Origin: Naegleria gruberi
Taxonomy: Eukaryota
DNA length: 64,000 nucleotides
Strand: one strand, 5' to 3'
Assembly: GCA_000004985.1 (NCBI GenBank)
Contig: GG738855.1
Part shown: piece by piece, positions 1-10,064 of the stretch
Position numbering within the stretch: position 1 is the first letter of the stretch
Layout: each line of letters starts with the position of its first letter
The notes under the pieces: model-generated
Told to the model about the DNA's origin: nothing
Databases searched by the model: none
Seen by the model: only the letters and a program-made list of their open reading frames with translations
Made by a program: the position numbers and the translations under genes

Positions 1-22
1 TGCCAAGAGATTATTTGATATC

Positions 23-670
23 ATGTCATCTAAAAATTGCATAACTCGTGCAGAGCTATCTGAAATGGTGAGGAAGTATGTTTTCAAGTTTAGAATGCCA
101 AAGAAGGCTGAGGATTTACTTTTGGAATTTTCAGTTAACTCATCAATCAAGCCAACATTTGAGGATTATGCTGTTATCATTGTTGGTTATATTAATACCA
201 ATCAATTAACTTTGGCATTCAAATTACTGAAGAAGCTGATTGACTCTAGTAGAATAAGACACAGAACTTACTCAAAGGCAGAATTAACCAATTTTATTTC
301 TATCATTTCTATTTTAATTAGACAAACTGTTGATCCAAACATTATTTCACTAATTGCCAATATTTCTGCAGATATTTTCTTTGAATCATTTGAAGCCAAC
401 AGTGATCATCTGTTACAATTATTGAAGGAAATTAGAAATGACAGACAAATTAGAAAGCACATTTTACATTTTGCAGTAACTTTTAATGAACAATGGGCTA
501 AACTCATACTAGAAAGAAACTATCCAAGAGCCAGCTTAGTCGATGAAAAGGTATCGAACTATATTTTGGAACAATTTACAACCAATGAAGACGTAAAGAT
601 TGCACTTGAAATTCTCAAACAAATTAAGGAAAAGAATGAAACTCTCAAAATTAAAAAGAAGACAGAATAA
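23..670 (+). CDS. Hypothetical protein. The frame is open back to window position 2, so the gene may start upstream of the window.
   Basis: 215-aa ORF with ATG at 23 and no in-frame stop back to base 2. No recognisable domain. Its stop lies 11 bp from the convergent SNAP gene stop. Confidence 0.4.
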   Translation: MSSKNCITRAELSEMVRKYVFKFRMPKKAEDLLLEFSVNSSIKPTFEDYAVIIVGYINTNQLTLAFKLLKKLIDSSRIRHRTYSKAELTNFISIISILIRQTVDPNIISLIANISADIFFESFEANSDHLLQLLKEIRNDRQIRKHILHFAVTFNEQWAKLILERNYPRASLVDEKVSNYILEQFTTNEDVKIALEILKQIKEKNETLKIKKKTE

Positions 671-681
671 ACTCTATTTAT

Positions 682-1680
682 TTAAGTAAGATCAAGCTCA
701 CCATCTTCATCTTCAAGAACAGAAGTACAATGAATACAGTTTTCCAATTTTTTCCTTATTGCTAGAAGGAGTTGTTTAACCCATTCATCCAATTTGGTAA
801 CTTCTAATGTTTTCTTTACAACTCTAAGGAAGATTTTTAAATCTCTTTCCTTGAAAGCCTTATAAAGTCCAACTATAAGATCAAACTCTCTACTCTTCCC
901 AAAATTAGCTCCTCTATCACTAAAATGTTCCAAATCCATCCAGAATAATTCCAAATCTTCTTCATTGTAATCATCATTAATTCCAGCAATCTTTGTGAGA
1001 GAAGCATAAAACATATAACGAGTTTCCAAATGTCTAATAAGAGAATTTTCACCAGTTGCTGAATTACCACTATTCCATTCAGCATTTAAAATTTCCTCCC
1101 AAACCTTACTAGATTCCTTGTATTCCTTCAATCTAACATAAATATGAGCAATTTGTTCCAGACAATTATTTGCAGTTGCATAGGCTTGTTGGAATTCAAA
1201 AAGCTCAGCAGCACTTCTATATGTTTCTATCGCAAGATGTAAAATATCCACATCCACAATTGATTCAGCACTCAACCTCTCAGCAATTTCCTTCTCCTTA
1301 CGAGCTGCTTGGGCAGTTTGACCATTTTCTGTATAGATCAAACTTGCCTTCTTTAAGGAATCAATAGCCTTATTGTAGGTATCCTTAGTTTCATCAAACA
1401 TTGTGTCTTGAAGATAGGCTTCAGAGGCTAAATTATACACGTTGGCTGCTTTGTGTTTCTCTCCCGATTTTACCAAACATTCAGCGGATTTACAATAGGC
1501 ATCACCAGCAGAAGAATACATGTTACTTTCCATATAGATTTGGGCAGCTTGCTCATAATACTTCATGGCATCCTTTGTCTTGTTACCAAAGTGAATTTTC
1601 TTACTCAATACGCTTGCAGCCTTTTTCATCAACTTATCACCTGCATCACAGGTTGTTGAGGCAAACTCTTCCAAGGACAT
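682..1680 (-). CDS. Soluble NSF attachment protein (alpha/gamma-SNAP family)
   Basis: 332-aa ORF with the TPR-like helical repeat pattern typical of SNAPs (AYCKSAECLVKSGEKHKAANVY..AIETYRSAAELFEFQQAYATANNCLEQIAHIYVRLKEY). ATG at 1680 rc with an A/T-rich upstream context. Confidence 0.7.
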   Translation of the reverse strand: MSLEEFASTTCDAGDKLMKKAASVLSKKIHFGNKTKDAMKYYEQAAQIYMESNMYSSAGDAYCKSAECLVKSGEKHKAANVYNLASEAYLQDTMFDETKDTYNKAIDSLKKASLIYTENGQTAQAARKEKEIAERLSAESIVDVDILHLAIETYRSAAELFEFQQAYATANNCLEQIAHIYVRLKEYKESSKVWEEILNAEWNSGNSATGENSLIRHLETRYMFYASLTKIAGINDDYNEEDLELFWMDLEHFSDRGANFGKSREFDLIVGLYKAFKERDLKIFLRVVKKTLEVTKLDEWVKQLLLAIRKKLENCIHCTSVLEDEDGELDLT

Positions 1681-1787
1681 TTTTTTAAAATTAATAACTG
1701 ATTAAGATTGGAGGACAATCATTGTTCAATTCTTCAACTATTTGATCCAAGAATTTGATTCCTCTCACTCTGTATATTGAAAAAGAG

Positions 1788-3338
1788 TTAATGTTTAATG
1801 ACACCTTGTTTCTTAAGGTCGAGATAGGTTTGTTTGGTGTAGACATTTCCTTCAGCATCTTCAACTTCCTCCATTTCTGATTGGTCCCAACTTTGTTGTT
1901 GATCTTGATTTTGCATACTCTTCCATAATTCCACAGCATCTTTGATCTTTGTAATGTGATGGAAATGTCTAGTGTTTGGAATTCCTAGAATTTTCATACC
2001 ATTAGCATGTCTCCACTCTTGGAAGTGTTTTTCAAATTCCTTATGTCCCCAGTATGAGTGATTACCACATATTTCACAAATGTATTCATTTCCCAAGCCT
2101 TGGAATTTATAGAGCCAATATGGAATAGGTTTACCATCAGGACCAATAGGCAAGTTCAAAGGATTATTCTTCTTACTGGCATATTTACTGAGTGGATCAT
2201 TAGGATCAATTGCACTATTGGCCTTCTTTTGTTGTTCTTGTTGTTCGTCGTCATCCTCCTTGTCCATTTGCTTTTCAATTCTTTCCATTTCAGCTTGATT
2301 TTCTTCCCATGTCCTGGTTGACTTTTTCTCCACATAAATCTTAGTTTGTTGTATTACATCAGATAGCCATTCTGTTAAGAATTTGGAAATCTTGTATTCC
2401 ATTAATGCTATCGACCTTAGTTTATCTACATTGTGATTGCTCTTTCTTTTACCTCCTCTTCTCTTCTTCTTTTTACCTTGTGCTGATGAATTTTGCTCAG
2501 ATGTTGGTTGATCTTTTTCTGGTTGACTCTTTTCCATCAATTTAACCAAGAACTTCCAATGTTCAGGCAAATCACCACTAGTACACTTTGTGTCGAATTC
2601 CTCTTCCAATTTATCAACCATTTGTTTGATGCCCATAAGAGGTTGAGTTCTATTCATAAAATCAATAAAGTAATCCAAAAGACTTTCCAAATAACTCTTA
2701 TATTTTTCCTGATTTTTAAGATCTAGTGACAATTTGTCAAATTGACCTAAAGTGACAAGATATTCCACATAGTCAATAGTTTTATGTTCAACAGGTGGAG
2801 TTGCTGTGGAATTCTGTTCATTAATCAGGTCTACGAATGCGTTATAGTGAGCATTTAAATCGACATACCTTCCATATAATTCTTCGTCGGTGAACAAAAC
2901 TTTAATTTCCTGTTGAACTCGTTGCTTGACTTTTCTTTGAGCTTGTTCATCATTGGATTCAGAAGTATTTCTATTCTCAATTTTAACAGCAAATCTTCTG
3001 TGGTAATCCTTGATTTCTTCCAACTTTGAATAAAAACTGTTGATCGTGTTTGGTTGAGTTGTTTCAGTGATTTGATTTTTCATAGATTGTATTTGTGGTG
3101 TATTAGAATCATAAACACCAGTGTTACAAGCCTCGGATGTTTGTCCATAACAAGTTGTTAATAAATAGTTAGATTTTTGTTGTATTTGTTCAATATGATA
3201 ATTTATACGATGATTTTGATATACAATATGTTTTTGTGTTCTAGCTTTGTGTTTGATTTCATAAATTACAGATTTGATGGCTTGTTCGACGTCCGTGTGA
3301 GCAAGACGTGTTTGCTCAATCATCAACGATGAGGACAT
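1788..3338 (-). CDS. SF3A3: Splicing factor 3A subunit 3 (SF3a60/Prp9)
   Basis: The C-terminal U1-type C2H2 zinc finger YICEICGNHSYWGHKEFEKHFQEWRHANGMKILGIPNTRHFHHITKIKDAVELW is near-identical to the SF3A3 signature. 516 aa with an aaaaaaaATG start context. Confidence 0.8.
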   Translation of the reverse strand: MSSSLMIEQTRLAHTDVEQAIKSVIYEIKHKARTQKHIVYQNHRINYHIEQIQQKSNYLLTTCYGQTSEACNTGVYDSNTPQIQSMKNQITETTQPNTINSFYSKLEEIKDYHRRFAVKIENRNTSESNDEQAQRKVKQRVQQEIKVLFTDEELYGRYVDLNAHYNAFVDLINEQNSTATPPVEHKTIDYVEYLVTLGQFDKLSLDLKNQEKYKSYLESLLDYFIDFMNRTQPLMGIKQMVDKLEEEFDTKCTSGDLPEHWKFLVKLMEKSQPEKDQPTSEQNSSAQGKKKKRRGGKRKSNHNVDKLRSIALMEYKISKFLTEWLSDVIQQTKIYVEKKSTRTWEENQAEMERIEKQMDKEDDDEQQEQQKKANSAIDPNDPLSKYASKKNNPLNLPIGPDGKPIPYWLYKFQGLGNEYICEICGNHSYWGHKEFEKHFQEWRHANGMKILGIPNTRHFHHITKIKDAVELWKSMQNQDQQQSWDQSEMEEVEDAEGNVYTKQTYLDLKKQGVIKH

Positions 3339-3512
3339 TTTTTTTTATTTTTAAATATTTTTTAAACAATTCATCTTCAACAATAGTCAAGTTGTATTGA
3401 ATTATTGTCAATGGTGTGATGATATTAGAATATAATATTCAATACTACATATTAATTTAAAAACTAATAGTTAACTTGGCATTGAAATTAGAATTTGTAA
3501 TATTTAAAAAAA

Positions 3513-4001
3513 ATGCTTCAACAATTTACTAAAATGCTCAGAGGTTCAGGCAACATGATGAGTGCTGCCAGAAAAATTCAACCAAAGAGAGGTCTTGAGG
3601 AATTTATTGATAAAACTGTTCTTGAAGGAAAACCATTAGAAACTAGTGGAAGAGCTTGGAGTATCAAGGAAATTCGTAGTAAATCCCTCTCCGATTTACA
3701 AAAATTGTGGATTGTTTTGATGAAGGAACGTAATATGCTCTTAACATGTAGATTATTAGCCAAGTCTATGGGAGGTAGAATGACACATCCAGAGCGTTTG
3801 GTGAAAGTCAGAACATCAATGGCTAGAATTAAAGAAGTTATTGCTGAAAGAGAAAGAGATGCTAAAGAAGTTGCTCTCTTAGAATTTGAAAAGAGAAAGG
3901 CTTCTAATTATTATGCTTTCCCACAAACAAACCCACTAGGTCTCCAATTATCTACCGAAGAAGCTCCTTCAGAGACTACCTCATCAACTCCTTCCCAATA
4001 A
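3513..4001 (+). CDS. Mitochondrial ribosomal protein uL29m (MRPL47 family)
   Basis: WSIKEIRSKSLSDLQKLWIVLMKERNMLLT matches the MRP-L47/L29 core motif. The N-terminus looks like a mitochondrial presequence. ATG in an A-run context. Confidence 0.6.
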   Translation: MLQQFTKMLRGSGNMMSAARKIQPKRGLEEFIDKTVLEGKPLETSGRAWSIKEIRSKSLSDLQKLWIVLMKERNMLLTCRLLAKSMGGRMTHPERLVKVRTSMARIKEVIAERERDAKEVALLEFEKRKASNYYAFPQTNPLGLQLSTEEAPSETTSSTPSQ

Positions 4002-4156
4002 TTTTCCCTCCCGATAATATCAAAATAATCAAATTTCTTCATTGGTTTTAATAATAAAAATATAAAAACTCTTTCTAAAACTGAGATTGTAATTCTTTAA
4101 TAATAATTATTCATTAATTAATTGAATTTTAATAAAAGTTAACAATAATAATTGAC

Positions 4157-6820
4157 ATGAAAAAAATGCAAAACAATGATGAAACAATGCTAATTGATGA
4201 AAGTCACAATAGTGTCTTGAATAAAGAAGAATCGGACATGATCCAATTTATTCCCTTCCAAGAGGGAATTTCATTTCAATATAATAGAGTTTACTTTCCT
4301 CTTTCAATGATGAGAAAATTGAGGAGTAGAAGACCAAATAATAATAATTCAACATTATCACTGGCTGACGATACGCAAAGTGTCAAATCATCTACTTCAT
4401 CAAAAAAGTCGACACAATCAAATTCATCGAAAAAAAGCACCACTAGCACTTCATCTAAGAAGGTGTCTCTGGTGGCAAAAGGTTCAACAACATGTAAGGT
4501 TAATTATTGTCTGGATGGACCTTGTATTGTCACTTTGAATGAGATTAAAATTATTTCGAGTACTTGGGTAATTGATGATACTTTACTCTCTCCATCACAA
4601 TCAGAGGAAGATAATCGAATTTCAAAGTTGGCCAAGGCACAATCTAATGTGTTTTTATTCGATGAGTCAACTATGGAAAGTACTAGTGATTTTTTACAGA
4701 CAATGCAGGATAATATTCTGAATTGCAAGAAATTCGAAATTAAGAATGTGGAATTGTTGGACATGTGTGCAGAAAATGCATCAGAAATAATACTCAAACC
4801 AATTAATCCAAAATTCAAACCTGAAACTAATCCACAAGCTATCAGTATGAAAAATTTGAGATATCACTCTCTCTATTTGAATAATAATAGTATAATTTGG
4901 TTCTCGAATAATGAAGTTTACAAAGTGATCTCTGTTATTTCCAACTCATCAGCCAAATCCAAACCAAATATGAAACACAATATCTTCAGAATTGTTTCAG
5001 CAACAAAAATTATAGTAGAAGATTCAGGTTTTGAAAATAATCAATCAAAGGATCATAATGAGGTTGAACAGGCTCCTGAAACGAGTTTCTTCCTTGAATC
5101 TAAACCTTGTAAAGAGCTCTTATCACTTCTCAAGGTAGCAAACAGATTCTTCCATCATACCTTCCTCTCCTCAAATAATTTCTCACATGGTGCTATTACA
5201 ATCACAACCCCTTATTCAATTCTAGTTCATGGTCCTCACAATATTGGAAAAACGAGCTCAGTTAAAAACATTTCAAGATATTTGAAGAGTCCACTCGTAT
5301 CCGTGAATTGTAATACTTTGGGAGGAGGAGCTCTAGGAAATGAGCAAGCCATAACTTCCATTGTAAATAGATTGTATGAAAGTTTGGAAAGGAGATGGAA
5401 TTCTAAGAAATCAAATGACATTACACTTGTGTTATTCCTGGATGATTTGGATAAGATTCAGCAGGGTTTATTCTCTTCCCTCATTTCCATTCAAGAGGAA
5501 ATGAAAAAGGCTGAAAATATTCCTAAAATTCCAAATGTTATTGTAAATATTATCATTATTGGTTCAGCATCGAGCGATTCAGAGTTTATGAAAAAGATGG
5601 AAATGAGAGGAAAATTCCAAAGAGAAGTGAAATTTGACCTTCCAAATATTGAAGAAAGAAGACAATTCCTCGAATTATTATATTCAAAAGATTATTCCAA
5701 TGTGCATTTTAAAACTATTGCTGATACAGCCACTGGTTTTCAATTCTATGATTTAGTTAGAGTGTTCAGTTCTCTTAATGCGGATGTGGGTTTTAATAAG
5801 GACATTAATATCAATACTGAATATGTTCTGAGAAGAATTATCGAGCTGGGAATTACACCATCCATCAAGTCACTCACAGATTACAATGAGGGACAAGAAG
5901 AAACACCACTCGGAGGAGATGAATCAAGTAGTGAGAAACATTGGAACAAGATTGGTGGTCTTTCCAATCTCAAACAAAAAATCAGACAAGCTGCTGAATG
6001 GCCAATGAAATATCCAGACAGTTTCAAGAGATTAGGACTCCAACCACCAAGAGGTATTCTCCTGTATGGTATTCCTGGAACAGGTAAAACAACTCTTGTC
6101 AGAACACTTGCTCTCTCAACCAATTCTACCTTTATCTATTGTAATGTTGCTCAAGTATACTCTCCATATGTAGGAGAAGCTGAAAGAGCCATTAGAGACA
6201 TCATGTCGAAAGCAAGAATGATGAATCCTTCAGTGGTATTTTTCGATGAAATTGATGCAATCGTAGGCAAGAGAGATTTCTCTATGGGAGGAGCTGATTC
6301 TGTGAGCAGTAGAGTTTTATCAACCCTCCTCAACGAAATGGATGGCATTGAGAGTACAAAGAATTTACTAGTTGTTGCAGCCACCAATAGACCTGATATG
6401 ATTGATAGTGCCTTAATGAGACCTGGCAGATTGGAACACCTACTTCACGTACCACCACCAGATAAAGAAGCCAAGGAGTCTATATTTGAAATTCATACCA
6501 AGAATCTAGGAGAAACATTCTTAAACTCATCCAATCAACTCATTCATCGATCAGAGTTCATTAAGAATCTGGTAGAATGTGAGGAAATTTCAGGTGATAT
6601 GACTGGTGCAGAAATAGAGGCACTATGTAGAGAGGCCTGTATGGCAGCCATTCGTGATTTAGAAAGAAACAAACAGGCAATTCCTTCTAACATTATCATT
6701 TCATGGCAAAATTTCAAGGATGCAAGAAAACGAGTTCAACCCTTCCTCTCCACTGAAGAAGGTAAGAAAATGCTCGTCTTTTATGAAAAGTTTGAAACAA
6801 GTTTTGATAAAAACAGATAA
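4157..6820 (+). CDS. Two-domain AAA+ ATPase (CDC48-type D2). The N-terminal S-rich region and the D1 domain are divergent. AFG2/SPATA5-, NVL- or PEX6-like.
   Basis: The canonical D2 carries Walker A GIPGTGKTTL, Walker B VVFFDEID, SRH NLLVVAATNRPDMIDSALMRPGRLE and the typical C-terminal lid. The upstream D1-like block has GPHNIGKT and LVLFLDDLD. 887 aa. Confidence 0.8.
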   Translation: MKKMQNNDETMLIDESHNSVLNKEESDMIQFIPFQEGISFQYNRVYFPLSMMRKLRSRRPNNNNSTLSLADDTQSVKSSTSSKKSTQSNSSKKSTTSTSSKKVSLVAKGSTTCKVNYCLDGPCIVTLNEIKIISSTWVIDDTLLSPSQSEEDNRISKLAKAQSNVFLFDESTMESTSDFLQTMQDNILNCKKFEIKNVELLDMCAENASEIILKPINPKFKPETNPQAISMKNLRYHSLYLNNNSIIWFSNNEVYKVISVISNSSAKSKPNMKHNIFRIVSATKIIVEDSGFENNQSKDHNEVEQAPETSFFLESKPCKELLSLLKVANRFFHHTFLSSNNFSHGAITITTPYSILVHGPHNIGKTSSVKNISRYLKSPLVSVNCNTLGGGALGNEQAITSIVNRLYESLERRWNSKKSNDITLVLFLDDLDKIQQGLFSSLISIQEEMKKAENIPKIPNVIVNIIIIGSASSDSEFMKKMEMRGKFQREVKFDLPNIEERRQFLELLYSKDYSNVHFKTIADTATGFQFYDLVRVFSSLNADVGFNKDININTEYVLRRIIELGITPSIKSLTDYNEGQEETPLGGDESSSEKHWNKIGGLSNLKQKIRQAAEWPMKYPDSFKRLGLQPPRGILLYGIPGTGKTTLVRTLALSTNSTFIYCNVAQVYSPYVGEAERAIRDIMSKARMMNPSVVFFDEIDAIVGKRDFSMGGADSVSSRVLSTLLNEMDGIESTKNLLVVAATNRPDMIDSALMRPGRLEHLLHVPPPDKEAKESIFEIHTKNLGETFLNSSNQLIHRSEFIKNLVECEEISGDMTGAEIEALCREACMAAIRDLERNKQAIPSNIIISWQNFKDARKRVQPFLSTEEGKKMLVFYEKFETSFDKNR

Positions 6821-6927
6821 TTTTCAATTAGTATTGCTTTTTGTAAACTGTTTTCATTATCCAAGAATAATGGCATCTTATCCTATTTAATATTTAATTA
6901 TGAATTTAAAATTATTATTATAAAAAA

Positions 6928-8500
6928 ATGAGTACACAGCCCAATCATCAGCTGCCACTCCTCCTCGACAATGATCATCATCACTCTATCAATAGTGGTG
7001 GTGGCGGAAATAGTGGTGGCAATGTGAGTATGGGTAATATTATTGGTGGTGTTGGTAATAATAATTTGGGATTTGGATCACTACAACCCTTTGAAGTACC
7101 CGATGCTTTCGGAATGGTTGAGGATGGAATTTATAGAAGCTCGGTTCCTAAAGCTGAAAAACAATTTCAATATTTAAAAACATTGAATTTAAAAACTATA
7201 TTATTTCTCTCTCAGGAAATTATATTGAAATCATTTACATCGTTTTTAGAGGAGGAGAAAATTGATTTAATAGAATTAGGATTATTGATTTCTAATAGAA
7301 CATTGAGTGGAGGATTGAAAATGTCATCCAATTTGAGATCGGATCAACCTTTATCACATTCTGCCTCTTCAAGCTCATTCGGAGGTATGTTATATCAGAT
7401 TACTTTGATTATTCTATAATATGCGAATATTACAATGATTAGATATGTCACCTCACTCTCCTAATGGATCTAGTCCTAAACCAAGCCTCTTTTCACCTTC
7501 ATCAAATTCTTCACTTTCAACTACCACAACTGTAGTCAATACTACATCGAATCAAACAAATACATCATCATCAACACCCTATCCAAGTCTTGCAAATAAT
7601 ACAGTCTCTCCAATTCCTCCTGCTTTACAAATTATTAATAATATTTCACTCTCTAATATTTCTTCTTCAAAAGGATTGGGATTTACCGATGAAATTTATA
7701 ATACTAAACATTGTACAGATGATCTCATAAAGGAAGCTCTGGAGATTTTAATGGACAAATCATATCATCCCATTATGGTAGTTTGCTCCTCTGGAATTCA
7801 TTTAACAGGAACTCTCATTGGATGTCTGAGAAAGTTACAGGACTGGTCACTGACCTCAATTTTTACTGAATATGAATGTTTTGCTGGAAATAATTCTCGC
7901 CACATTGATCAACAATTTATAGAAATGTTTGATACAGACCTTGTCACTCTACCTACAGAGTCATCAGGTAATTTACCTCAATGGTTTGTGGAGCACAAGA
8001 AAATGAAAAGAGAAGAGGAACGAGAATTTGAGGAAATGATGAAATATCTCGCAATGAGGAAGAACAAAACAATACCATTACCACCACCACCTCACCCAAC
8101 CAATGAATCCACAACTACCCACTCAACCACAACAACTGCTACAACAGGTCATCACAGAACTGGAAGTATTGTAATTTCGCACCATATTCACAGCAATGAT
8201 CATCATTTATCAGCTTTACCAACTAGTCATCATTTCCCAAGTGCAACACTTGCCCGACCTCATTCACCAAATAGACGGTTAAGCAATGGTTTGATTAACA
8301 ATATTAGGAAATCAAACTCTAATGAGAGTATTCACCTTCATCAACAACCACACACTGATGCAATCCTTTCTGAAAATACTGAATTGTCACCGTTCAAATT
8401 TACCTATCAACGATACATGATGGATAAACATTGTCCACTCATTAGTGAAAAATCCAACTATTCAACTTCAAGTATTGTAGAGCAGGATGAAGATGATTAG
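6928..8500 (+). CDS. PFA-DSP/Siw14(OCA)-family tyrosine-phosphatase-like protein in two exons, with a degenerate P-loop. Likely a pseudo-phosphatase.
   Basis: Exon 1 is 6928..7384 and exon 2 is 7443..8500, joined over a 58-nt GTATGT..AG intron. Exon 1 encodes FEVPDAFGMVEDGIYRSSVPKAEKQFQYLKTLNLKTILFLS. Exon 2 encodes IMVVCSSGIHLTGTLIGCLRKLQDWSLTSIFTEYECFAG, which matches the HCKRGKHRTGCLVGCLRK region of PFA-DSPs but with K, R, K, R replaced (CSSGIHL instead of CKRGKHR). It has a G/N-rich N-terminus and a S/T/H-rich C-terminus. Confidence 0.6.
7385..7442 (+). other. Intron (58 nt) of the PFA-DSP-like gene
   Basis: GGAG|GTATGT donor at 7385 and ..TTAG| acceptor at 7442. Splicing joins two ORFs in different frames (phase 1) and restores a continuous phosphatase domain. 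Confidence 0.55.
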
Positions 8501-8534
8501 GCGAGCTCATATGTAAAAGGATGAATAAATTAAT

Positions 8535-9779
8535 TTATTTTGTAACCTTGAACTTTTGAACCTTTTCCAACAAACTCTTAGCATTTTGGTCATTCTTAAA
8601 GTGTTCACGGACTGGGGCAAGGATAGCATTAATAGCCTTAGACAAAGCTGGCTTAAGTTCAGAAGGATGCAAGGTTTGTTCAGCAAAGTCCTTTTCAATT
8701 TCTTCATAGGTTGTGTAAGTCTTATTTCCACCGAACTTTTCGTCTTTTTCAATCAAAAGTTCACCTCTCATTGGTAAAATAATATGTTTGATATATTCAA
8801 GAGGTGGGTTCTTTTCAATATTACCTGGTTCACAGAAAGCACTCTTAACTTTCTTATTGACATCAGCTTCACTATCTTCCATGAAAATAGCAGCAAGTGG
8901 ATTAGATTTGGCCATCTTTGTTGAACCATCCAAACCTGGCAACATGTGGTGAGAGAGAATGATTGGAGAGAATCTGAACTTTGATTTAGTCTTCTTATCC
9001 TTTCTCTTCAATTCGGAATATTCACGAGCCAACATGTTGACCTTTCTTTGATCCATACCCAATTGACAGATATCAGCCTTCAAATAGAAGATATCAGCAC
9101 ATTGCATACATGGATAAAAGATTTGAGCAGCACTCAAGTCTTCGGCTTCGTTACGACCCATAATTTGTGAGCAACGTTTAATACGGGCCAAATTGTTATT
9201 ACGAGCAATATCAAGGACATTTAACCAATAAGTGTTAGGGTCCTTGTTAATAATTTCACTACTCCAAACAAATTCGACATTATTCAAATCCATACCAATA
9301 CTCTTCCATACTTCAATCATGTATTTACCAACAGTTTGAATCTTTTCCAAATCACCATCCATCTTGTTATTCATGAGAGCGAACCAATCGGCAACCAAAA
9401 AGATGAATTTACATCCAGCCTTGGTAAGCTTATTAACATTGATAGCCTTCATAACACCTTGGGCAATGTGAATACGGCCTGATGGTTCAAAACCGTCATA
9501 ACAAATAATTTGTTCCTTCTTATTCTTGATGAGAACACGGAGTTCATCTTCTTGAATACATTCTTCACCAACACTTCTAATCAAATTGAATCTTGCTTCT
9601 TGTTCTTCAGTAAGTTCAGTGACTGGACCTGAAGGTTGTTGAGAAATTGTGGTTTCCTCGAGTTGAGAGGTAACAGCTTCAACTTGTTGCTCTACGCTTT
9701 TTTGTTCTTCAGTATTGGACATTTTTTTTCTTATCAATAAAAAATACGAGTGTGACTCATCGCCACTTTTTGAGCTCAT
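8535..9779 (-). CDS. YARS1: Tyrosyl-tRNA synthetase, cytoplasmic, plant/archaeal type. The likely real start is the ATG at 9722.
   Basis: ICYDGFEPSGRIHIAQGVMKAINVNKLTKAGCKFIFLVADWFALMNNKMDGDLEKIQTVGKYMIEVW, KMAKS, and the C-terminal KSAFCEPGNIEKNPPLEYIKHIILP..GGNKTYTTYEEIEKDFAEQTLHPSELK closely match TyrRS. The internal ATG at 9722 has the aaaaaaaATG context used by most genes here. Confidence 0.85.
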   Translation of the reverse strand: MSSKSGDESHSYFLLIRKKMSNTEEQKSVEQQVEAVTSQLEETTISQQPSGPVTELTEEQEARFNLIRSVGEECIQEDELRVLIKNKKEQIICYDGFEPSGRIHIAQGVMKAINVNKLTKAGCKFIFLVADWFALMNNKMDGDLEKIQTVGKYMIEVWKSIGMDLNNVEFVWSSEIINKDPNTYWLNVLDIARNNNLARIKRCSQIMGRNEAEDLSAAQIFYPCMQCADIFYLKADICQLGMDQRKVNMLAREYSELKRKDKKTKSKFRFSPIILSHHMLPGLDGSTKMAKSNPLAAIFMEDSEADVNKKVKSAFCEPGNIEKNPPLEYIKHIILPMRGELLIEKDEKFGGNKTYTTYEEIEKDFAEQTLHPSELKPALSKAINAILAPVREHFKNDQNAKSLLEKVQKFKVTK

Positions 9780-10064
9780 CCGGAGAAAACAAGCGAAAAA
9801 AACTTGTAAAAGCTATCTCACGTGCAGTAGTTATTAATAATTATCGAATCGATTCAATCACATTTATTTCATGTGCAAAACCAGATTGGAGGTAATAATG
9901 CTGGCTTATTATAGTGATGAATCCAGTAATAGACAAGCGATGAGATAATTGCATTGTTGCATTTTGGTTATTTTTCTCAATCTCTATTTTTTGATATTTT
10001 TGAATAACTTTCCATTTGTGAAATAGCCGAACAATCAAGCCATTTGAAGAATTGTAATAATCCA

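Noticed and set aside
873-1367. Short ORFs (60-100 aa) nested inside or antisense to the large genes, for example 873..1085, 1170..1367, 1401..1688, 4504..4818, 20323..20699, 23652..24188, 52354..52689
   Set aside because: They overlap well-supported conserved CDSs in other frames or strands. They have odd composition, no ATG in a good context, and no homology. They are typical AT-rich spurious ORFs.
8535-9779. Reading the synthetase as tryptophanyl-tRNA synthetase (first impression from class-I motifs)
   Set aside because: The CYDGFEPSGRIHIAQG block and the C-terminal KSAFCEPGN..GGNKTYTTY region match TyrRS, not TrpRS.
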